From contig JAWLHJ010000001.1 in NCBI GenBank assembly GCA_041690395.1, positions 954,089-1,018,088 on the forward strand: a DNA stretch of 64,000 nucleotides, read 5' to 3'. This DNA comes from Longimicrobiales bacterium. Lineage in GTDB: Bacteria > Gemmatimonadota > Gemmatimonadetes > Longimicrobiales > Gaopeijiaceae. The notes under the pieces were generated by a model that saw only the letters and a list, made by a program, of their open reading frames with translations, made no database searches and was not told the DNA's origin. The stretch's first letter is position 1. Each line of letters opens with the position of its first letter. Position numbers and translations under genes: made by a program. This document shows positions 58,565 through 64,000 of this stretch, in pieces.

Positions 58565-59869
58565 TCATCCCTCGACGTGAATCTGTCGAAGGAGTTCAGG
58601 CACCCCAGCGCGTTCCAACAAGATTTTCCCGAACCGTTTGGAAGAGACTCCAGTTCGGATGTGATAATCGAAGTGCGGGTCATTCCCTCGGAGCTCGCCG
58701 TCAAAGTACCTCAGTTGAACCCCGTTCACTCCCTGCAAGACCCTACCGAGCTCTGTGAGGTGAGAAGAAAATAGGAAGCCACTTCGGGTGGAGCGCCCAA
58801 GACCGGTGATGACTTCCGCAGACGACTCCAAGGCGTCCTTCACGTTCGTCCCCTTGAAGACCTCGTCGAAGAGCACGAGGCATCTGGCACCGGAAGCCAC
58901 GGATTCAGCCGCCTCTCGGACACGTAAGACTTCTGACATGAAGTAGCTGATTCCCGCCTTGAGATTGTCTCGTGGATTGATGCTCGTCATCAGGATCTCG
59001 ACCGGCGTCAGTCGTACCCGCTCTGCAGGTACCCCCATCCCGATTTGGGACAGGAACGGGATGAGGGCGACGGATCTGAGGTAGGTGGTCTTTCCTGCCA
59101 TGTTCGGGCCGGTCAAGAACACCAACGCCTCACCCCCGACGAGATTGATCGGGTTGCCCCGGGCGGAACTCAAGAACGGATGCCTGACGCTCTCCGCTTC
59201 CAGGACGAACTCTTCGGTTTCGGCGATCTCGGGTATGGACCAACCGAATGCCTCAGTCGCCTCCGCCATCGAGTAAAGACAATCGAGCTCTCCCAGGAGC
59301 AGCAGAGCATCACGGATCTCCCGTGCACATGCCCGACGATACACCTCATCGGCTGCCAGCACGGATGTCACCGAGTCGGCCTGCTCCAAGACAGTCTCGA
59401 CTGCGGAGCCAAGGTCGCGCGCCAAGGCGGAGACAAGTGGTGGCGGATCTGATGCGGCCATGGTCGCGGCCACGGACTGAGCTTCCCCCAAGAACGCTCG
59501 AGTGAATCGGACACCAGATCCGATCTCTTTGAGGAGATCCCTGTAGCGGAGCGACATCCAGAATTCCTCAAGCCGCATTGCCACGCGGGAGGAAGCAGAG
59601 ACCATGACGTTCGAACGGGTATACCTGTCCACGGCGTCCATGGAGCCGGTGGCGATACGGAAGTGACCAGGATTCTTGCCTAGCCAACGGACGGCTTCCT
59701 GAGCTGCTCGGATCTCCCTGGCGTCGATCATCGGGCGCTTGAAGCGCCTCCTTAGTGCCGCTCGTCCGAACGAGGTTGTGGTGCGATCGATCAGATCAAA
59801 GAGTCCCGGTCCGCCATCGGACGCCTCCAGTATCTCGAGGTCACTCAAGGTCTGGTGGTCGAGCTTCAT
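58565..59869 (-). CDS. short MutS-family ATPase (domains III+V only)
   Basis: TLSDLEI, TGPNMAGKTTYLR, QIGM.VPA, SYF.SEV, LFDEVFKGTN, SSHL.EL. Confidence 0.85.
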   Translation of the reverse strand: MKLDHQTLSDLEILEASDGGPGLFDLIDRTTTSFGRAALRRRFKRPMIDAREIRAAQEAVRWLGKNPGHFRIATGSMDAVDRYTRSNVMVSASSRVAMRLEEFWMSLRYRDLLKEIGSGVRFTRAFLGEAQSVAATMAASDPPPLVSALARDLGSAVETVLEQADSVTSVLAADEVYRRACAREIRDALLLLGELDCLYSMAEATEAFGWSIPEIAETEEFVLEAESVRHPFLSSARGNPINLVGGEALVFLTGPNMAGKTTYLRSVALIPFLSQIGMGVPAERVRLTPVEILMTSINPRDNLKAGISYFMSEVLRVREAAESVASGARCLVLFDEVFKGTNVKDALESSAEVITGLGRSTRSGFLFSSHLTELGRVLQGVNGVQLRYFDGELRGNDPHFDYHIRTGVSSKRFGKILLERAGVPELLRQIHVEG

Positions 59870-59955
59870 TCGTCCCAACCCCTCCGTTCGGGAGATGCCA
59901 ATGGGCCCGCGTGAACGGCTGCTGCAACCTACACGCCCAGTCCTGCCGGGATTTC

Positions 59956-60116
59956 ATATAACGTTCAGATGTTTCCGACGTGGCCACCGCCGCACAGCTT
60001 ACAAGCGAACAGAAGCGGAACCCACGTCACTGCACCCAGTCTACGGACCCGAAGCGCTCGAGGCCATGTAGGTGGAGCGGGCGAAGCCCGCGGAACCGGA
60101 AACATTCTTGTTAGCC
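59956..60116 (-). repeat. attC-like site (B)
   Basis: ATATAAC...GTTAGCC; same as the 52615 site inside the cores. Confidence 0.85.
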
Positions 60117-60364
60117 GGCGTCACTGAGCCATTGAACGTTCCAGCCGGAAAAGCTAGACCCAAGACTTCGAACTCTTGGCGATGGCTGCGATGCGTCGAG
60201 GGTCGATGGAGCCTCAGTTCCGGGGCGGGGAAGGGGGGACCTCAGTGGAGATCCCGCTCGCTGAGCCCGCCGGTTACCCCGAAGGAGCCGCCCGAGAAAC
60301 CGAAACCTGAGGAGTTCGTTGCGGCCACCCCGCCTACCGACCCTGCTCAGTGATGTCGGCTAAC
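60110..60364. repeat. gene-less cassette copy 7
   Basis: Appears identical to copy 4. Confidence 0.88.
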
Positions 60365-60514
60365 GTTCAGATGTTTCCGACGTGGCCCACCACGAATCGT
60401 GGTCGGACTGTCACTTCGAGAATACGCTGCACTTCGTTCCCGGGCCACATTCGTACGGGGCCATGTAGGTCGGAGCGAACGAAGTGAGCGGAGCCGGAAA
60501 CATACTTGTTATGT
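60358..60514 (-). repeat. attC-like site (A)
   Basis: GGCTAAC...GTTATGT. Confidence 0.85.
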
Positions 60515-60640
60515 GGCGTGGCACAGTCCCGATGAGCTCGGCCCTGCCCAATCCAGCGCAACGTCTTAATGGTCCCTGAGTGTTGACGCCGCCGGAGAGG
60601 AACTGCGATCTTACCAGTAAGAACTTATCCGGAGCGCCTC

Positions 60641-60904
60641 ATGGTCCGACCAGCCACAACCAAACTCTCCTCCAAGGGACAAGTCGTCATTCCCGAGGAG
60701 ATCCGCAACCGTCTTGGGCTCGAGCCTGGCGCCCAGTTCGTGGTGGTAGGGGAGGGGGACGTTGTCGTGCTCAAGGCCCTCAAGGCTCCGAAGCTTGGAG
60801 ACTTCAAGGACCTTTTGGATCGAGCTCAATCGTCTGCTGAGGCTGCCGGTCTTGAGCCGGAGGATGTTGAACGGGCCATCCGCGAGGTGCGAAGCAAGAA
60901 GTGA
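60641..60904 (+). CDS. AbrB/MazE-type antitoxin
   Basis: TKLSSKGQVVIPEEIR..LGL.PG. Confidence 0.88.
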   Translation: MVRPATTKLSSKGQVVIPEEIRNRLGLEPGAQFVVVGEGDVVVLKALKAPKLGDFKDLLDRAQSSAEAAGLEPEDVERAIREVRSKK

Positions 60905-61299
60905 GGGCGGTCCTGGATACCAACGTCCTGGTTTCCGGGATTTTCTTCGGAGGCGTGCCGCGGCGGGTCCTCGATGCGTGGGCGGACGGAAAGTTCGAGC
61001 TCGTCCTGACGCCTCAGATCTTTGACGAGTACATTCGAACGTGTGATCGGCTCTCGGCCTCGCGCCCGACTCTCGAATATCAGGCCGTTCTGGCCACAAT
61101 CGTGGGACACGGCACTCTCATTGCCGATCCCGACGGGTCGGAGCCGATCACTGCGGATCTCGACGATGACAAGTTCATGCTCTGTGCCGAACGGGCCGGG
61201 GCTAAGGTGATCTCGGGAGACAAGCACCTTCTCGAGGCGACCGGCTGGTCTGATGTGGAGGTTCTCAAGCCTCGGCAATTTCTGAGCCTGCTCCCCTAA
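60901..61299 (+). CDS. PIN-domain toxin
   Basis: VLDTNVLVSG, DLDDDKF..CA, ISGDKHLL; GTGA coupling. Confidence 0.88.
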   Translation: MRAVLDTNVLVSGIFFGGVPRRVLDAWADGKFELVLTPQIFDEYIRTCDRLSASRPTLEYQAVLATIVGHGTLIADPDGSEPITADLDDDKFMLCAERAGAKVISGDKHLLEATGWSDVEVLKPRQFLSLLP

Positions 61300-61377
61300 T
61301 CCGGAAGCACCGAGCCGGTCCGGACCCCCGCGCAAAGAAGGCCTCCCGTACACCGACGCTCGCCCCTGTGCCATGCC

Positions 61378-61539
61378 ACATAACGTTCAGATGTTTCCGA
61401 CGTGGCCACCGCCGAGCTGCTTACATGCGAACAGAAGCGAAGCCAAGTTCACTGCACTCAGCATACGGACCCTAGGCGCTCGAGGCCATGTAGGTCGGAG
61501 CGAACGAAGTGAGCGGAGCCGGAAACATTCTTGTTATAT
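61378..61539 (-). repeat. attC-like site (B)
   Basis: ACATAAC...GTTATAT. Confidence 0.85.
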
Positions 61540-61631
61540 GACGGGTGCCGCCGCTCCTCTTTCCTCCGAGTACGGCTCAAACACAACGTCTAACACTTGT
61601 CGATGGAACCACACGGGCGAATCGCCCTTCG

Positions 61632-62894
61632 TTAATCACCATCCGGGGCTTGGCTCAATCCCCGCACCTCGAAACGACTGACGTACTGAACGTCGACATC
61701 GTCTCGAACGACGCCCCATATGGTATCCCCGCGGATTACGACAGACGGCTCAGTGGGAAATCCGCTATAGGCTAGGTTGTGAGGCATGCGGACCACAGCC
61801 AACCACTCCCCCTCGGTACTGAATACGTCGAACGCCCCCGAGGAACCGGTGACCCAGGTGTGTGTGACCCCGGTCATCTGAACCGTTTCGTCCGGCAGGG
61901 GGACTCTGGCACTGGGTCCGCTCGGCCACACCCAAACTCGGCCATCACCCGGCGCGATCAATCTCACATATGCCGGTTTGTGGTCAGGCAACTGGCCCAT
62001 TCCTGCGTATTGCGCGAGGAAGTCCTTTTCCTCTGGGGTGATCTCAACGGGACTGTAGGGCTTTACGGCACGCACCTTCCGGCCAGAGGTCTGAAGTATC
62101 TCGAACTCGTACTCATGGGAGCAGCCGAATACCAGCGTTCCGTCCGGCCCAAGCGCCCATTTCACCTTAGGCACGTACGGCTCGCGACTGTCGTCCCAAA
62201 ATCCTCTGCGATAATCGCGCTCGGTGAGCGTTGGGCAATCGTTCAGTAGACGCGGCGGAGCATACACAGTGTCCACAACCGAGCCGGCCTCGCTCACCCT
62301 ACCAAAGATCGGCCTGGGGAAGCCGACAACCCCTTCCGAATCCAGGAGCGGGTTGAAGCCGACCCAGATTTCACTGCCTTCGTGGATCAGGATGGCATCC
62401 TCTTGGTAGCTCGGCCGAACCAGTCGCCTCAGAGGGATCAGCTGGTCCAGACGCTCTCCCTTATATCGGGCCACGCGGGAGTTTCCGAGATCGAAGAGGA
62501 CGAGATCCCCTGGTGCCGAGGCATGCATCGATGTTACGAACTCTACCTCACCCGGCCCTTGGCCCAACCCAGCAAGCGAGCGTAGAAAGGTGCCGCTCCT
62601 GTCGTAGACGCGGATGCCTTCGCTCTGGTCGAACACGCTCACGTTACCGGCTTCGTCCACAGCGAGCGCGATCACATTTCCGAAGGTGTATTCCGGTGCG
62701 CCTGTGAGACTCCCGATCCGCAGGGTTTCTAGTGCGTCCAGAGTGTCGCTGATCAACGGCTTCGTTGAACGAACGATCGTCCAGTCGCCCTCGGTTTCGA
62801 CGGATTGACCAGAATCAAGCGGGGGCTCAAAGCATGAACCGAGGAAGGCCGCGAGCGTAGCAGCCAAGGTAGGAAGTCCCACAGTGCCTCTCAT
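61632..62894 (-). CDS. 6-bladed beta-propeller lipoprotein
   Basis: LGSC lipobox, GQGPGEV, DGRVWV, FDVF..EG, D.VDV.YV; GAGGAGG RBS. Confidence 0.8.
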   Translation of the reverse strand: MRGTVGLPTLAATLAAFLGSCFEPPLDSGQSVETEGDWTIVRSTKPLISDTLDALETLRIGSLTGAPEYTFGNVIALAVDEAGNVSVFDQSEGIRVYDRSGTFLRSLAGLGQGPGEVEFVTSMHASAPGDLVLFDLGNSRVARYKGERLDQLIPLRRLVRPSYQEDAILIHEGSEIWVGFNPLLDSEGVVGFPRPIFGRVSEAGSVVDTVYAPPRLLNDCPTLTERDYRRGFWDDSREPYVPKVKWALGPDGTLVFGCSHEYEFEILQTSGRKVRAVKPYSPVEITPEEKDFLAQYAGMGQLPDHKPAYVRLIAPGDGRVWVWPSGPSARVPLPDETVQMTGVTHTWVTGSSGAFDVFSTEGEWLAVVRMPHNLAYSGFPTEPSVVIRGDTIWGVVRDDVDVQYVSRFEVRGLSQAPDGD

Positions 62895-63026
62895 CGGAGA
62901 GATCCTCCTCTTGGCGAGTCAAGGTCTGGAAAGCCTACTATGGCTATAGTAGTGTTGCGCTGGCCTCCGTGCAATCCAGGCCCATATCGCCCGGTGGCTC
63001 TTCATGAGCCACCGAAGGCACCTGTC

Positions 63027-63183
63027 ATATAACGTTCAGATGTTTCCGACGTGGCCCCAGCATACACGCTCATCTTCCCTGAGGCCTACGGAATTCAGCA
63101 GCTAGCATACGTGACCCGAACGTTCGAGGCCATGTAGGTCGGAGCGAACGAAGTGAGCGGAGCCGGAAACATACTTGTTATAT
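63027..63183 (-). repeat. attC-like site (C)
   Basis: ATATAAC...GTTATAT. Confidence 0.85.
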
Positions 63184-63279
63184 GGCGTGTGCCGTGCCGC
63201 CCGCCGACATGTCTCTTCAAGGCGGGGAACTGACGATATGACTAAGTCACATCCATCACCGAGGTACAGGAGAGGGCAT

Positions 63280-63795
63280 CTACGGCTCCTCCGAACTCAA
63301 CTCAAGAAGCATCTTCCGAGACCGTAGCTCAGAACCCGGTCGAAGCGGCTCGAGATCTCCATACGCCTCGAAGCCAGCTCGCTCATAGAGTCGGCGTGCC
63401 GGAGTATCGCCTTCGGTGACCCCAAGGACGAGTCGAGTGACGCCGAGGGCCGAAGCCCAGTCGATGACCTGGGCCAACATCCTTCTTCCCTGTCCTTGGC
63501 CTCGAGACTCCGGAGCCACCCACATCTGGAACAGGTGGGCCGTGCTTGGATCATTCGGGAAAACCTTTCCCCAGGCCAAGCCGACGACGCGGTCACCCTG
63601 GCATAGGGCCAAGGGCAAGTCGAACTCCGACATCGCGCCCGAGGCGACCCGAGACTTCCACTCCTCATCCGAGCGACCACTCTCAACCTCAAGAGTCGAT
63701 CCGAACGCGTCCGGTGACTCAGCGAGAGAACGGAGGCGCACCCCTCGATACGCCTGCCACTCCGAAGGGTGTAGGGGCCTGATCTGATGGGTCAT
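63280..63795 (-). CDS. GNAT N-acetyltransferase
   Basis: RL.SL.ESP.AFGST, MWVAPE.RGQG.G, ARRLYE..GF. Confidence 0.88.
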   Translation of the reverse strand: MTHQIRPLHPSEWQAYRGVRLRSLAESPDAFGSTLEVESGRSDEEWKSRVASGAMSEFDLPLALCQGDRVVGLAWGKVFPNDPSTAHLFQMWVAPESRGQGQGRRMLAQVIDWASALGVTRLVLGVTEGDTPARRLYERAGFEAYGDLEPLRPGSELRSRKMLLELSSEEP

Positions 63796-63850
63796 TGTGG
63801 CCCCTGACGTGGTCCCACTATGAACACTACGTTCTCTTCAGGCACATGCC

Positions 63851-64000
63851 ATATAACGTTCAGATGTTTCCGACGTGGCCACCACGAATCGTGGTCGGGC
63901 GTTCACTTCGAGAATACACTGCACATGGCTTCCGGACCACATTCGTTTGAAGGCCATGTAGGTGTAGCGGGCGCAGCCCGCGGAACCGGAAACATTCTTG
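63851..64000 (-). repeat. attC-like site (A), cut by window end
   Basis: ATATAACGTT...ACATTCTTG; near-identical to the 48586 site. Confidence 0.85.

Larger units (their letters stand above)
28758..64000 (-). mobile_element. integron-type gene cassette array (integrase not in window; continues past 64 kb)
   Basis: 33 attC-like ~157-bp sites (TAACGTT...CTTGTTA on +) separating 0.25-1.45 kb cassettes, most genes on -, several TA modules on +. Confidence 0.92.

Noticed and set aside
34245..63857. Cassettes as IS/MITE elements because of their terminal inverted repeats
   Set aside because: No transposases or target-site duplications; the repeats always begin at the attC GTT/AAC core
29640..63960. 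Recurrent short ORFs (ITFRCFRRG…, NVQMFPTWP…, NKNVSGSAHFVRSDLHG…) as a repeated protein family
   Set aside because: They are translations of the attC repeat in different frames, with inconsistent starts and stops
29661..64000. CRISPR array
   Set aside because: Repeats are ~157 bp, spacers are 0.25-1.45 kb and mostly hold whole genes, and there are no cas genes
1..64000. tRNA/rRNA genes or an integron integrase
   Set aside because: None recognised by eye; no ORF with tyrosine-recombinase R-H-R-Y motifs

Overview
GC-rich bacterial DNA; the gene families present (DUF5916/CBM9, secreted amidohydrolases, 6-bladed beta-propeller lipoproteins) loosely suggest Gemmatimonadota, which is inference only. 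Positions 1 to ~28 kb are ordinary chromosomal genes: an aminotransferase, MscS, argC-argD-argJ with tandem ARG boxes, amidohydrolases, an orphan contractile-tail sheath gene, AAC(3), PfpI, two DksA/TraR genes and a 5'-nucleotidase. From ~28.7 kb to the window end lies a large integron-type cassette array. It has 33 attC-like sites of ~154-162 bp (32 complete, the last cut by the window edge) plus 5 decayed ones at the left, distal end. Cassettes read on the minus strand, and no integrase is in the window (predicted beyond 64 kb). Unusual features: (i) each of the 31 intact cassettes has its own 15-24 bp terminal inverted repeat with an invariant G.T wobble at position 11; (ii) the attC-like sites are branched, with a covarying tandem-GA/GNA-triloop side hairpin and three interchangeable central arms; (iii) a ~255-bp gene-less cassette with covarying stems recurs 7 times, and a second structured gene-less cassette also occurs. 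Cargo includes about 7 intact TA-like modules, Fic, a PD-(D/E)XK nuclease, DUF4236, a short MutS-like ATPase and three beta-propeller proteins. All product calls are by-eye motif recognition; no database search was run.
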